Origin: Callorhinchus milii
Taxonomy: Eukaryota
Assembly (NCBI RefSeq): GCF_018977255.1
Contig: NW_024704743.1
Coordinates: 98,334,001 to 98,398,000, forward strand
Direction of reading: 5' to 3'
DNA: 64,000 bases
Part shown: piece by piece, positions 12,006 through 26,775 of the stretch
Numbering within the stretch: the first letter of the stretch is position 1
How the letters are laid out: the number at the start of each line of letters is the position of its first letter
The notes under the pieces: generated by a model
Databases searched by the model: none
The model's input: the letters and a program-made list of their open reading frames with translations, nothing else
What the model was told of the DNA's origin: nothing
Made by a program: the position numbers and the translations under genes

Positions 12006-15000
12006 TATATACTCACTGCTACTCCCATCGATTGCTGTATCGTGCTTTACACATCAGCAAAACATTCTTAATTGCCCCAAACCTGCTCTTTGTCACAGAG
12101 GGGCATTGTGGTATATACAGTTTTTTTTGTTTATACAAGTTGTGTCCCTATCACTAATGTGCACTAAAATCTCTTCTCACACTTGAGTTTTTATGTTCTG
12201 TCTTTCAACTTTCCTCACATTGCAGCACTAGGGACAGAACTGTTGCCAACAGCACCAGCTGTTCAAGGGCTAAATGCACCACTACACTCATTTAAAAAGA
12301 AATAGGGAATTAAAACACTAAAACCACTTGAAATGCTCACACATACCTACCTCTCTTCCTTTTTTTCTCATAAAAATAAAGAATGAACGTCTGCTCAGTG
12401 CTGTGATCATACTCCCTAATAACAGAACAGCTCTATAATAGCAACTATGAAACAGGGTAATTCATTTTCATCTGAGGACTAAGTGTAATGTCAATCCATC
12501 CAAATTCAACACATTCCGACACTTTTGGGCTAATGTTAATACCCCCATTGCCAATAAACCTTCAGATAACGTCTTTCAAAGACTCATTTTAATGCCTCAT
12601 AGTTTTCATCATTAGCCCTTGTGTAATTTTATCTAACTTTGCATCATTTAATCCCTCTCTGTTGATAAATACATTTGCGGTATTGTCTCAAGTGCATATG
12701 AAGAGAGTAATACTTTCACTCACTGAATTGAAGTCAGGCAAAAGCAATAGACTGTGAAGCACTGTGTTAAATATTGAGGATTGGATCGTTGGATGCTGTT
12801 TCAAGCTTCTCTGCATATAAAGGTGGTGTCCAGAGAGGGCACAGGTCAAGTTCATAAGGGAACTGCTTATGTGAATTTACGTCCATTCATTAATTTAACT
12901 TCCTGAAAGACTGTGTATTTTTAACACTTGCATCATGCAATAATCCATTTAAGTCATAATGCCTAAGTATCACAGACCAGTCGACCATTTCATCTGATAT
13001 GAGACGTACAATATAAAGATGAATGAACCAAACATAATACTTTTTGAATCATGGTTTAAATTAAACATCCAATTAATTGTCTCATTTTAAAAAGTACACA
13101 GTTAGCTACTTCGCATTGGGAATTCATTTCAGCAGGATGCCCTCAGGTCAGCTCTATAAAGTGAGAAAAATTAATTGGCTGACAGTGACTCTAGAAACTC
13201 TGTTGTTTTACTCTTTGGAAATCAATGTCAAATGGGCATTAGATTTTAGGATTCACAGTTCAAATAAGATGAAAATGTTATTAAAATTATTGTTACATTT
13301 ATTGCCTTCGCTCTGCTGTATTATTTTTGACCAGAACAGCTACCATTATGAAATTACATAAAACTAGAGGAATCAGAAGATTTAAAGTAGTGACAAACAT
13401 AGGATGCTGATAAGGTGCATACATTCCTCTTATTTTCAGGAACTTATTTGTATGTGAATTCCTGTATTGTGCTACTGTTTCTCTCTCTATCCTTCACTGT
13501 GTTGACATATATAGCTCTATTGCACATCTCAGCACCAGGCTTTGTCTTAAACACTAGCAAATTCAAACCATTGACAAACTTTTTTTGTTCTATGGAACTG
13601 GGAGACAAAATTAGGTAGGTTTCTAAAACAATTCTCAGCTCTATTCAGGATAATTAATTGCAAAATATTTTTATGATGGCAATAAAATACGTTACAAATT
13701 TACATTTATGTGATGCCTTTAATGCCAGGATGACGTTCCAAGGTACTTAACAATACTGGTTTGGCACCAGAGCTGGTGGTAGGATTCGAGGGGGGGCTAG
13801 GGAGGGGAACAATGAATGATTTTTAGGGGCGGTCACACACGGAAACCGATCACCATGCTTAAGAGTAAGCAAACCAAACCAAAAAATGAACAAAAACAGA
13901 TGACAAAGCAATGAATTGATGAAACAGTACAATTGAATGCTCATGAGCACTGAAACTGGGAGCAAATTGTATAACTTGTAGATTGGTCTTTCCATCAAAT
14001 ATTCTGCTTATATCAGAAGTTGTATAAGATATAACATTCGTAGTTTCAGATTATTGCAATGCAAACTGTATGCAAACTTCATTATTATAAAATGATTAAT
14101 GCTTTAATATTGACATCATCTTTATATGAAGCAACTTTCACCTATCTCCAGAAGAATTTGACTGGCATTTGAAAATAATCCCTTCATGAAGCCAATTCTG
14201 ATTCTAGCTCTCTGGCTTTTGACATTACAATATTATCAGATCAGAAATAAGCTTTGTGACTGCCAGAATGTGGCATTAATGCTACATGACAGCAACAGGG
14301 ACTTGATCCAGTTAGCGGAAGAGACAGATGTTTACACCAGCATGATAACTATCAAATGCAAATCCAAGGAAAGATAAACTAAAGATAAAAACAGACTGCT
14401 TTTAAGCATTATGTGGAGAATTTCTGGGTTAAAGCAGCAAAGAAAATGTGTATCTGCTCCTGAATATATATTGCAAAAAAGAGACTTGAATAACAATATG
14501 TGTTTAATAAGCTGTACCTCAGCACCAGTGGTTTAAATTCCAAATGCACAGGAGGATGAAAGAACAAAGAGTTATAAAGGAAATTGACTGCAGGGAAGTG
14601 AAGTCAAATCAGTGTAGCACACAGACTCACATCAGCCATTCTGTACATGGAGAACTACTGATCTCCACTGGAAGAAGGTGAGCATCAGTAGAATCTGTCC
14701 CCATAAGGGAAACACCTGTCAGCATGTACTCCAAATACACCCACCAGTGACCAGTTGTAAAATAACATCCCCAGAGGCCCAACAACAGAATATCTGTCCA
14801 GCCTCTTGGTCAGACAATGATGCAGTGAAACCTGGGCAGGCAGATACAGATTTTTTTAAAAAACTTAACAAATCCTAGAAAACAGAATGGAAAAATATAG
14901 AATGCATAGAAATTAGTAGACAACTTCCTATAGCAAAATATATCAGATTTGCTGAAAATTGAATGATAATTTTAATTCACTTGAATTCACTTTAAGCATT

Positions 15001-15378
15001 GAGTTTGGACTACCTTATGTTCAAATTATTTTTTTTATGTTGTTTGGAACTAATTTGGCATTTCTTTGCTTTTCTTCTATTCTTTATTATTAATAATAAT
15101 TCCTACTGCATTTGGTTTAGTGCGCATCACATCAGGAGGATGCATTCGCTGTGAAGTGGAGTGGCTGTGCATTTGTAGACAAACAGAGCAGCTCATTTGT
15201 GTGCAGCAAATATCCCACAAACAGCCATGAGACAAATTACTAATTTGGAGGACTGTGTGTCAGGATAGCGGGAGAAATTTCTTTCTCTTTTACAGCGCCA
15301 TGGGATTTTTAACATCCACTGGACCAGACAGCCAGGACCACCGTTTAATGACTCATCCAAAGAATGGCAACGCCTACA

Positions 15379-15734
15379 ACAATAATAATAATCCTTCCAT
15401 TTTGATACAGCACTTTATCATGTCTTTGAGACGTCTCAAAGTGTTTCAAAGAATATACTGCAAAGTAAATCGACTGTTTATTTTGTGGGCGAAACCCAGT
15501 AGCCAATGTCCCACAAACAGTAGTGGATTTAGTGACCAATTTATCATTATTATTAATTTTTTTTGAAGGAATTATTATCCCCAGAAAAGCAATCCGCCAA
15601 TCGACTAAAAACCGGGTTCCTACTTACTGCTAGGTGGAGTGAGGAAATTTGCCCAATTTTTTGTCCTGCCGGGAATCAAACCCAGGTCTCTTGCTTGCAA
15701 GGCCAATGCTCTAACCACTGAGCTACAGGAATCC
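15379..15734 (-). mobile_element. tRNA-derived SINE, long subfamily, inserted in a DeuSINE-like copy (15090-15378 plus 15735-15880)
   Basis: Reverse complement of the 28069 element; the host SINE resumes on both sides. Confidence 0.85.
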
Positions 15735-16157
15735 AATGCTCTGCATTGGAGTGTCAGTTTGGACTATGATTTCCAAGGCTTGATATCTTGGAATTCATAG
15801 TCTGGGTTGACTAGTCTAGATGTAACTTACAATTGGCTGACTCAGAAGCGAGAGTGTTACTAACTGAGCTAAGCTGACACTCTTATGCAAGATTCCATGG
15901 TTGAGCTGCTAAGCAACCAACCCAAGTGCATCTTTGCCAACATAATGCTTGATCCTGACTAGTTAGTGCACATGAGCAGGTTTGTCTGGAGATCTTTCCC
16001 CAGCCTGCAGACAAACATTTACATAACAGAACCTGAAAATTCATCACTAGAAAATTATAAGCACCCACTGTAAATACTGATGTCCACATTGAAATAGCCA
16101 TCCAAAAAGTGAATCAAATAGTTTGGAAGAATCTTAAGAGTATTTAACTATTATTCA

Positions 16158-16703
16158 AAGCGTTGGAGAGGGTTCAGAGGAGATTTACCAGAAAATGTAC
16201 CAGGAATTAGGGACTTTAATTATGTGGAGAGATTAGAGAAGCTGGGATTGTTCTCCTTAGGCCAGAGAAGGTTAAGGGGAGATTTAATAGAGATGTTCAA
16301 AATTATGAGGGGTTTTGATAGAGTAGATAAGGAGAAACTGTTTCCACTAGCAGATGGGTCGGTAACTAGGGGACATAAATAATAATAATAATTATTTAAG
16401 ATAATTGGCAAAAGAACCAACAACAACGGCTTGCACTTATGTGGCGCCCTCCACACAGGACAGCATCTCAAAGCGCTTGAGGGGAGATGAGGAGGGAAGG
16501 GGAGACGAAGAGAATTTTTTTTACACAGAGAGTTGTTAAGGTCTAGAATGGGAATTGGATAGGACTTCAAAAGGAAAAACTTGCAAGAATATGGGGAAAG
16601 AGCGGGGGAGTGGGACAGATTGGGGAGCTCTTCCAAAGAGCTGGCACAGGCACGATGGGCCGAATGGCCTCCTTCTGTGCTGTAGTATTCTATGATTCTA
16701 TGA
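16158..16703 (+). mobile_element. CR1-clade LINE 3' fragment, with a short antisense L2 tail inserted at ~16418-16480
   Basis: ALERVQRRFTR..NYVERLEKLGLFSL..RRLRGDLIEMFKIMRGFDRVDKEKLFPL..TRGH..FFTQRVV; the 3' end is gggccgaatggcctccttctgtgctgtagtattctatgattctatga. Confidence 0.92.
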
Positions 16704-18211
16704 AATCTTTATTCTCTAATCCACCATATAACCAGAATCAGAAACTGCATTGTTACTTACATTTATTTTAATTTACAGTTGTATTTTCACTGTCTCTCTC
16801 ACAGCATTGTGTTTAAAGATTTAGATAAGTTAAATCATACTCATATTTTTTTTCTTGAAAGATCCCAATTTGTCACTCCTGTGCATTTAGTACTCATAAA
16901 TCAAAATAAGAATTGTATACTGTCCAGGTATTAACATGTAGACCAGCAAAAAAAAACAATTTCTCATTCAAATGTAAACCAGAACTTATTTATTCTTTTG
17001 ACTTTCAGCTTTTTATGCACCATTGTACCTCAAAAAGATAAATAAGATTTCACATATTTAATAAAGCACAATATATTTTGCCACTCAAATTATTTAATGT
17101 TGTATTTTTTCCCAAGCTGATTTAAACTATCATTCATTTCAATTAAAAATCCTTTTTACCAGAGTACAATAAAACTGTGGATCTCTTAAGAGCTGCAGGT
17201 CTCACTCAGGTATATATGTTACTCTTTTCCATCTCTACTGGTTCAATTAATTGGTTATTCATTTGACCCCTTCTGATTAGTAGTGAAATGCTAACATTAC
17301 CATTACTAACATTGTTTTTCACACAATACTCTGAAAATGATTTCTAAACAAAATAAAAAATGTCAAACTGTCCGCATACACCTATGTGTGCCCTTGTGTG
17401 CTCTTTGAAATGCAGCCTTTTGATGTTATGTGTTTCTCCTGAATATTGTGGCAAATGATGTGGCTAGATATTACAAAATCTTCAAATGCTGCTGCCACCT
17501 GAAAACATACTGCAATTTTATCATATGGAATTGCATTATGTTCAGGATACATTTGGTACAATATATGGGATCTATTAAGTGTATAATTTTGAGTTTGCAT
17601 GTCTTTGTATATGGCTAATAAATAGTTCTGTTTTAAATATATGAAAGATAGATAATAGTAATGTTCTCATATACATGACCCAACAATCCCCTGCAGGGAC
17701 ATTTTCTAGTCCTCTCACTCTTCACTAATAACACTTTGTTGATGTAACATTCAGCTTAATCAATAAGCCTGAATTGTCTGGCTGACATGTCTTGTTAAAA
17801 ATATTGGAGCTTTGTGCTTGAAAGCTCCCCAGTGCACGCCTATCAGGTGCATCTCTTCTAACTCCCACATCTATCTTCTGCTCGCACATTAACAAAGCCA
17901 CAGTACAGGGACATGATGTTCAACGGTGATGCTTACTCTTAATGAACGGCTGCCTTCAAACAGGTTTCTACATGGTGTATCCAATCCAGATCAAGTTGAA
18001 GTACTTTTCTCCATTCATTCTTGCAGTGGAGATGAATTAAAATTTGTATGGAAACTGAACATATTAACAGTGAATGTTTCCTTCCATCAGTACATGAGCA
18101 GTTAATAAAGTACTGTTCAAGGTTAACATTGATTAGTCTATTCAGTGTTGGCCACTGCTGAAAGAATTTCTGTTTTCCCCCAATACAATACAGATGAACG
18201 CACTTTTTCTT

Positions 18212-18259
18212 ACTGTAGCTGATTCAGCCTGCAGCTATTTCAGACTGTAGCTGATTCAG
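18212..18259 (+). repeat. 3 x 16-bp tandem repeat
   Basis: actgtagctgattcag cctgcagctatttcag actgtagctgattcag. Confidence 0.85.
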
Positions 18260-18834
18260 ATCTTGATGGTCCACCACAGGGGTATGGTCTAATCCCCTTG
18301 CATTTGTTCAATCTTTCAAACTAATGACTCATTTTCGCTCCTTAGCTTCATGCATTCTACACCAGGTATCTGAACATCAATATCTGGCAAATCACCCTCA
18401 GCACATGACCCCCGACACAGGGCACCAGCTTCAACCCCAACACCGCACCCCCTCCATGACACCTGGCACCAGATCCCTGCCCCCTTGTTACGGTCCCCCA
18501 TGTCACCTGGCATCGGACCCCTTCCCCCCCAACACCGAGGATCAACGCTCAGCAGGTCACTCTCAACACCTCACTCTTGATACCTGCTTGAAATAAGGAG
18601 TTTACTGCAGCTTGGTTCGGTTGGTAGCATTCTCGCTCCATTCACCTTCAAAGTACACAGTCACTATGCTTCACAGTAAAATCCTCTGAAAGGATTAATT
18701 TGCTGTATCGAGAATCATGGGGGAAGCGCATCCTATTTATTCTGCTATCTATTTACAAGGCCTATATTTTACCCCAATGATACTTTAATGAAACAATGAA
18801 CAAATACATCAAATTGTTCCATTTGGTTCAATGT

Positions 18835-19163
18835 GGAGTTTTGTAGCTCAGTGGTTAGAGCACTCGCTTTGCAAGTGAGAGATCTGAGTTCAATTCCAGG
18901 CAGAGGGCAAAACCTTGGGCAAGTTTCCTTACTCCACACGCCTAATAATAATCCCTCCAAAAAAACAAAAACAATAATTAAATTGGTCATTTTCAATCTA
19001 CGACTGTTTGTGGGACATTGCTGTGCGCAATTGGCTGCCGCGTTCGCCCACAAATATACAGTCAATTCACTTTACAGTGTGTTCTGTGAAGCGCTTTGGG
19101 ACGTCCTCCCGATGTGAAAAGCGCTATATCAAATGCAAGGATTATTATTATTATTATTATTAT
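18835..19163 (+). mobile_element. tRNA-derived SINE, full length, short young subfamily
   Basis: Near-identical to 30588-30913; possible target-site duplication aatgt. Confidence 0.92.
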
Positions 19164-22100
19164 TAATGTACAGAGCATATAAACCAATTTCTTTCCTCAA
19201 ATATTTGTATATTTCCATTCAAAATCTATCCACACAAGCTTTGTCTCTCACTGTTTCAGTTTCTCAAACAACCTGAAGGATGCTACAGCCTTATAACACA
19301 CTCCTAGTCACCTGCCACTGTTTATGTAATTAAAGAGAAACCTGTATAACAAATGATTGCTGGCATGTTCAGTCCCTCTGTTGCCTCCTATAGAACTAGC
19401 AATGTTTCCAGCACATGCATTTCTTTGTGAAAGTGTAAAACAAAACGTTAATTATTTAGCATGTCTGTCTTTTATTCCTCTCTACAATTACTGTCATTAA
19501 AGCCTTGCTAAAGGCTCCTGGCATATATGCAGTATTTATACAGGGAGGCAAAGACAGATGAAGGAAAAATGAAGTGCAGAAGTGGGTTGGTCTTGTGCAT
19601 AGCCTGGAGATGAACTGGCATAGACATTTCATGATAAAAAGTGGTATGGCATCATAAACTGCAGATAGAACAACAGCTAAATAAGAAATGACTAAGTCAA
19701 AAGCAGCAGGTGCTATTTTGCCATCAAATACACTGCACTCAGGGGAAGCCATTTACTCACAGTTCCAAAATCATTGTGGCTGGCCAGCAGTGAAGAAAAG
19801 GCAAGGTAAACCACCACCAGAAAATATGTGCACATATTTTGCAAGTTATTCAGCAAGTTAATAAGATGGTAGATCACTAGCCTATTCGTACGGCCTGAAC
19901 ATACTTGATGTCAATTTGTTTTATTAAGTCAATCGGGTGATTTACAGGAATTGCCAACTGTCGATATTTTCACAGATAAAAATTTGCCCTCAGAATTAGG
20001 GAAATATATCAAAACATCAAGAAATTAAAAAACAGGAGCCTAAGTTGGATTGTTTGTTAAAAGTTTGATGCATTCCAGTGGTACATTATTATAAACTGTT
20101 AACCCTTATATTTCCTATACAATAAACTGTTCATATTAATATTAAATATCATATTTATACAGATATTATGCTATAAATTGTTAGTACTTCAATTAAGTAA
20201 TACATTATTTCATCTGTATAAATGATTATTCTGAAATGATGATTGTTATTTTGGAGGGGTGGGGGGATGACAGGGGAAAGCTCCTTTGACAGTTAGATTG
20301 GTCCTGAGACTGGGCTGATGATATTTCTCTTTCTCTTTCCCTATGAAGAAGTGCTTAGTTGGCTTCTGCTGGATGCCTTTTCTTGTTTACACAACGGAGG
20401 TCAGAAACTCCATATCTGAAGGACATGGCGTGTCAAGCCTGGGGCATCAATACCCTGTGCTGTCTGAAATGCTGAATTTTGAAAATAATTGGATTTGTAA
20501 CATCTAATGTAATAGATTGAATAATAATAACCCTTGCATTTGAATAGTGTAATTACAGATAAGTTACTTTTGACCAAGATAATGAATTCATAATAACCTA
20601 CAATACTAATAATAATCCTTGCTTTTGATATAGTGCCTTTCATGTCAGAAGGACATCTTAAAGTGATTCACAGGTTATACTGTAATGTTTAGTAACTGTA
20701 TTTTGTAAGCAAACGCATCAGCAAATTTGCAATGTCCTACAAACAAGTGATATGTTGAGATTAGTTCATTAAAGCTCCTTTTCTCCAGTAAAGTTGTTGA
20801 CCTCATTGAGCCTCGTTTTAATATAATAATCCTTGCATTTGATATAGCGCTTTTCACGTCGGGAGGACGTCCCAAAGCGCTTCACAGAACACACTGTAAA
20901 GTGAATTGACTGTATATTTGTGGGCGAAACTTCTAAACTTTCCTGTGTTCATTGCATCAGGTGACAGTATGTTGTCCTGAATATTATTGCAAGGCAATCA
21001 ATCAAGGGAATTTGCAGGATTTGTGATAAGTGAATCCTGCAGGGACCTGGATTTGTCAAAGGCCAACCCACTAAAACTCTGCTTGAACACTGATCCCTTA
21101 CTTGCCTCTAACCAGCTGAGTTAAGATCAGCATCCATGCGGAGTTCCAAGTGGGTCACCTGAGACACCTCTGGTTGCTTGCAAGTTTTACTTTCACAAAT
21201 CCTTTTGCAAATCCTGTAAATTGGAGCAGGCAGTTTAGCCCTTTGAGTCCACACCTCCATATGATTAAATTGTGGCAGCTCTTTATATTTTTAATCCCAT
21301 TTCCCAACTGTAAAGCCTCCTAAGTAAGTGAAATCTTAAGAGTTGTCACCGATATAACTTACGTACAAGCATGCATTTAAACAGACAAGCCACAGATACA
21401 TTGCCTCCTTTGGGATCTTGATAAAAAAAACAGCAAATTAACAAAACAAAACACAGCTGACATCGTGTTTCTTTTTTCAAAATCTGAATTACAATTTCAG
21501 TCAGAAAGCTTTTGAAGTTCTGAATCTTTCTGTTGATAAAATTGTTGAGTTTGTCTCAGTTTGGATTTTTTTCCAGTTTAAGAATTTTAACTGCAGAGGA
21601 TAGTGTCATTTTTGGTTTGAGAAGGGATAGTTTGAAACTTTTTTCCGTCTTGGTATTGCAAAGATTGGGAACTCACAATGTTGGGCATTGTAGCTTTGTT
21701 CTAACATCCTACAATACAAGGCATCAATTCATCATAAATAATTAGTTCATGAATAAAAAAAAGTACAAAAGAAACTGCATGAGTAACAAATTGAATCATT
21801 TTAATCAATACCATCTTCCTTCTTTTGTTCTGATGGATTCAGGTGCTTTCTGAGTACTTTTGATTACTTTGGATAATCCAGGGCTGATCCAAAGGACTGT
21901 GGCTCTACCAATGTAGCGCTACGTTCCACTGCACAGTAGTGAGGGTAGATTGTGGGTCCGGAACCAGCAACCTTCTGATGCAGACTGGAGGACTGCCAAA
22001 TGACCCAAAGTAAATAACAAACTGAATGCAAAATCTAGACTGTCTATGATATTGCCTATTTGATTCATATGGAATAGCAATAAACAGTTGTATCTCTGAC

Positions 22101-23877
22101 ATTGAAATCAATGAAATTAATTTAGTTGAAGTTAAGTGGTCTGAGATGCTACCTGATGTGGAGGGTGCAAGTAAATACAAGTTGTTGTTGTTGAAATTAA
22201 TTGAGACAGTCTAACCCATTGCTAAGTCCATATTTAGTACTATCTGTTACTTACTAAATGTCAGTTAAACTGGTTATTAGAAAGTGGTCTTGAAAATACG
22301 AAGTACAACTCTGGTACAACAGGGTCAGAAATGTGGCATGGTGTATGGTAAATAATTTAGGAGTGCAGACAATCGTGCAGTAAACAGTTTCAAACGGGGC
22401 CTCTAATCGCTCCATCAGAAGTACTTGGGCAGAAGAAGATGAGACTTGATGTCTGCTATAAAACTACAATTTCTTTGCTCCAAAAACTGCCTGGAGAAAA
22501 CTGCAGTATAGCACCAAGGTATGAAATTGTTAAACACACTATGAATGCTTGTGCTTTTTGTCTTTTCAACCTCTGGAAGTATTTTATAACCACTGGCTAT
22601 TATAGAGCTATGCCTCAGTCTACTTTGTTTTATTTGCTGACAATTGAATTGATTGGATTTACCAACTTCACAATGAAGCAAAGTGAGAAAAAACATGTTC
22701 AAAGCTGTAAAATATTATTAAGCCACAATGTTATTCAAATGACCTCTGAATACTACTGAAGACAAGTGATCTCCAATTTTCTGACAACACTATAATAATG
22801 CGGGGTGAGCTGCATTATGAACAATGTAATGCAGATTCTTCACTAAATGCTGTGGACTACAAATGGTGAACATATGTTGGGTCTAGCACATTTAAGTGAG
22901 AATATAGGACATAAAGCTATTTTCCTCTTGACAAAAGCAATTCTTTTGACTGCTAGCTTCAAAAGGAATAGAGGACTCAAGAAAACCATTCGCAATTCTA
23001 CTCGCTTTGAAACTGCAGCAGGTTTGGAAGAATAAGAGGGACAGTTAAGTGGTAAAAGGTTCAGCCCGAGTAGCAAATTTTCTTTCATAGTTTTTGAAAG
23101 ACCTTTTCCATTGCTATGCAAAATGTACATTTCAAATGCTGTACTGTATTTAATGGAACCAAATTAAATTAGAGATTTCTAAGGCACTACAAAAGGATCT
23201 ACAGAATAATCTTTAAATTGAACTAAATATCTGCAGTTCTCTCCTTTCTCCCAAGGATATTTTAAATTAAATATGGAGAATGATGTTAAAATTCTTGGTG
23301 GGAAAATTAGATCGTCAGTCTGGGCTGATGGGACAATCTCCAAGGAAAGCATCAGTTATTGTTTGAGCATATTAGAGCAATCAGGAGGGAAGGCCCAAGT
23401 CATCTCTGAAGTGTTCTGGGAAGCTTGGAGCAACCTCCTGCGATATGTTCAGCATCTGCCAGGGATGCTTATGCCTACCTTCTGGAACGTTAGGTTGGAA
23501 AGTCCAGAGCAACTCCTGAGACCTTGGGACAGCATCTGTCAGGGAAGCCCAGAATCATCTCCTGGGGCTTTGAAAGCATCTGGTAGAGAAGGTGGTAAAG
23601 CATCTGGTAGACAGAGGGAATCTGTTGTCTGGGGCATGCAGAAAATGTTATAGACTCATTAACCCCAGACCTTAAATGTTAGAATCATTAATCCCAGAGC
23701 TTGAATGTTAGTGGACATTTTGAAAATTTGCTGGGAATGCAATGATCAGGAAAGTTGACAGACAGCCATCTCTGGAACACTGGTGGCTAGAAAATAACCT
23801 TTTGTAGAGCTATTTTGGAATAGCTTGGAAGAGAATGTTATAGCCACTGTCAAAGTCACTGATAAATCCACTATACA

Positions 23878-24177
23878 ATAATAATAATCCTTGCATTTGA
23901 TATAGCGCTTTTTCACGTCTTCTAGACATTTCAAAGCGCATTACAGAATAGACTGTCAAGTGAATTGATTGTATATTTGTGGGCGAACGCTTAATGCCAT
24001 ATTTGCACAGCAGTGTCCCACAAACAGTCGTGGATTGAATTGACCAATTTTTTTTTGAAGGTTTATTATCAGGTGTGTGGAGTAAGGAAACTTGCCCAAG
24101 GTTTCGCCCTGCCGGGAATCGAACCCAGGTCTCTCGCTTGCGAGGCAAGTGCTCTAACCACTGAACTACAGGACTCC
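23878..24177 (-). mobile_element. tRNA-derived SINE, full length, short subfamily
   Basis: Reverse complement of the 30588 element; ends ctacaggactcc on the + strand. Confidence 0.9.
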
Positions 24178-26325
24178 TCGCTACTCACGTATTACACTTA
24201 TTATGGATTTGAAACTATTGCAATGAATATGCCAAACTTCACTAGACTGTTCTGGTTTATAAATGAATCCCTAATTAATGCAAGAAATAAATATGGTACT
24301 GTCAAAAGAATATTATACAAATTTGATTAACAAAAATTAAACAAGCTAAACAACTGATGCCCACAATTCCAGAAGAAAACCAGATAATGCCTAGGCATGT
24401 CCTCCTGACGTGAAGGGGGCTATACAAATATAATTTGTTATTGATAACAAATAAAATATCTTCAAACTCCCAACAACCACAAATAGTGGGAAAATTATTA
24501 TTGATAAATTACTGGAAATAGTCAATCTACAGATCAACTTTATTTTTAAATTTTATAGAATGTCATAATTTCCCACTTTTTTTTAAAAAAAGGTTACCTC
24601 CTCTTTTCTGTTTGTGTCTTTTCTGGGTCCTAGCCTGTTCTGCTCTGAGAGCTTTACATATAGCTCTCTACAATTGCGATAAACCTTTCTAGCTGTCTTT
24701 CCCTCATGTTGGAAAGTAGCTCACTTCCGCTCAACACTCAATAACTCAGTAGACATTTTCAACTCGCCATATTGTCAGCTGTAGACATGAACCTGGATTG
24801 TATCAAAGCAATGTGGCTCACCATCAAGGCATCTTAAAAGACACCACTGGTAATTATTTTGAATATTTTGGAATCCTCAATTCCACTACTACTGCTGTTC
24901 TTATAAAATGTGCGTAGATATCAAGTTTTCGACGTGCCATAATTTTCTCCAACTTAATGTCAACAAAACCGAGTCCACTCTGTTCAACTCCATGAATAAG
25001 TCTGCTTTCTTCCATTATTACAACATTGGTCACCTCCATCACTAATTCACCCCCAATGCAGCTGAAACATTTATCAATATCTCTATTTTTGACCACACCG
25101 AAGCCTATTTCTCCCCTTAGTTCCTTCTAAGCTCTAGCTCCATCTTTGTAAAGTATTTTGAGATAGTCTATATAAAGGTTACTTTATAAGTGCAATTTGT
25201 TATAATTCTTAAATAGGTAACCACTATGTACATGTGTCCCACACCCACTTACGGTGGTAATTGCGTTCAAGAAAGAAGTTCAATTATGTGTCAGAAAATA
25301 ATTTTGAATGTATCCATAAAAACAGTATTCAGTAAACACTCCACTCCAATAACTTTGTGATTTACAAAATATATATTGTTAAGGTTAGAAATTGCATTTC
25401 ATTATGTTTGCAGGTCACATTGGCAGAAAAATGATTGATAGATAAATATTTTCCTAGAAATAAATTTGCAGAGGTCCAAATTCTTGATAAACTGATTCAA
25501 TCACTCATTTATGCGCCTATTTTTAAAGCTGGAACCTCTTTATGCAAATTAGCAATCACATTGCTGTCATCTGGTTTTCTCACAAATTAGCTAAATGCAT
25601 CGACTTTCCCTAGACTGCAGATTAATAAACAGAATTTGCTGTGACACTTGATACAACTTAGAAGGTTAAACTGTAATGAAGTGCTGTCAAGTTGCAGCTG
25701 GATTTTGGATTAGTTATTCATTTTAGAAAAACATTTTTACGAAAGTGCAGCAGTTTCACCAGCACTTATTTCTATAATATGGCTCTGCTATCCCACACAC
25801 TTCACACTTTTTCCCGAGAGATTTCCTCTTATGATTGTAAATAATTCAAATACAGAAAAAAATAAAAACTCTTTCTATACTTTGGTTTGTGTTCTCGCTC
25901 AAGATTTTCTTAAAAAAACAAGGAAATATAGTATCAATAATTAATTGATTATTCTCACATTGTTCACCACCAACAGCAACCTTTTTGTTACTAGTTTATA
26001 ATACTGTAGTATTTCTTCTCATCAATGTGTCTGGCTGACTCAGTTGTAGCAGTCTCGCCCCTGAGTCAGAAGGCTGTGGGTATCAAGCCCCATGTTGGGG
26101 CTTTGAACTCACATAATCCAGGCTGACACTCCAATGCAGTTGTGGGGGAAAACTGCATTGCCATTGGTGTTGTCCTTCAGATGACATGTGAAACCGTGGT
26201 CCCAGCTGCAGGCTTCTGGTGAAAGTTAGAGATCCCTAAGGCTCTTTTTGAAAAAATAAATAAGTTTATTCATTGCTGTTTGTGGGACATTGCTATGCGT
26301 AAATTAATTACTACAAAATACAGTC

Positions 26326-26775
26326 ACAACAACAACAACTTGCACGTATTTAGTGCCCTCCACGCAGGGTAGCGTCTTAGAGGCTTAATAGTGGCGAAGC
26401 CTGACTCCGAGCCGGCGGTGGGAGGTTGGGGGGGGTGTGGGGGTGGGCAAGGTCGAAGAGGAAGGTTTTCAGGCAGGATTTGAAAAAGAGGAGGGGGAAA
26501 GAAGGAGGGATTGAGGCAGAGTATTCCAGAGTTTTGGGGCATAGTGGCTGAAATCACAACCTCTGATGGTGGGGCGGAGGTTATGAGGGATGAGCAGGAG
26601 GCTGGTGCCAGTTGAGCAGAGGCCCTGGGTGGTGGATTGGGGAGCGAGGGGGGTCAGAGAGGTTATGAGGTGCCAGGGAGTGAATGGATTTGAAGATGAG
26701 TGTGATCTTGAAGTTAATCCGTTCGGTGATGGGGAGCCAGTGGAGGCTGGCCAGAACTGGTGAGATGTGGTGAGA
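26326..26775 (-). mobile_element. L2 LINE 3' fragment inserted at the tail of a DeuSINE-like copy
   Basis: (AAC)n at 26326; ggggagccagtggag (LHWLP) at ~26731; cttgaagttaatccg (RINFK). Confidence 0.85.

Noticed and set aside
18212..18540. CRISPR-like array from short repeats
   Set aside because: The units are directly tandem or degenerate with no unique spacers, there are no cas genes, and the context is vertebrate.
22250..22445. Minus-strand open segment (..VLLMERLEAPFETVYC..) with a gtaagt donor
   Set aside because: Weak acceptor, phase incompatible with neighbouring candidates, and no homology recognised.
23273..23711. 126-aa ORF with recurring agcatctg motifs and a neighbouring ~29-bp tandem pair
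   Set aside because: No recognisable domain or convincing splice sites; it looks like degenerate internal repetition.
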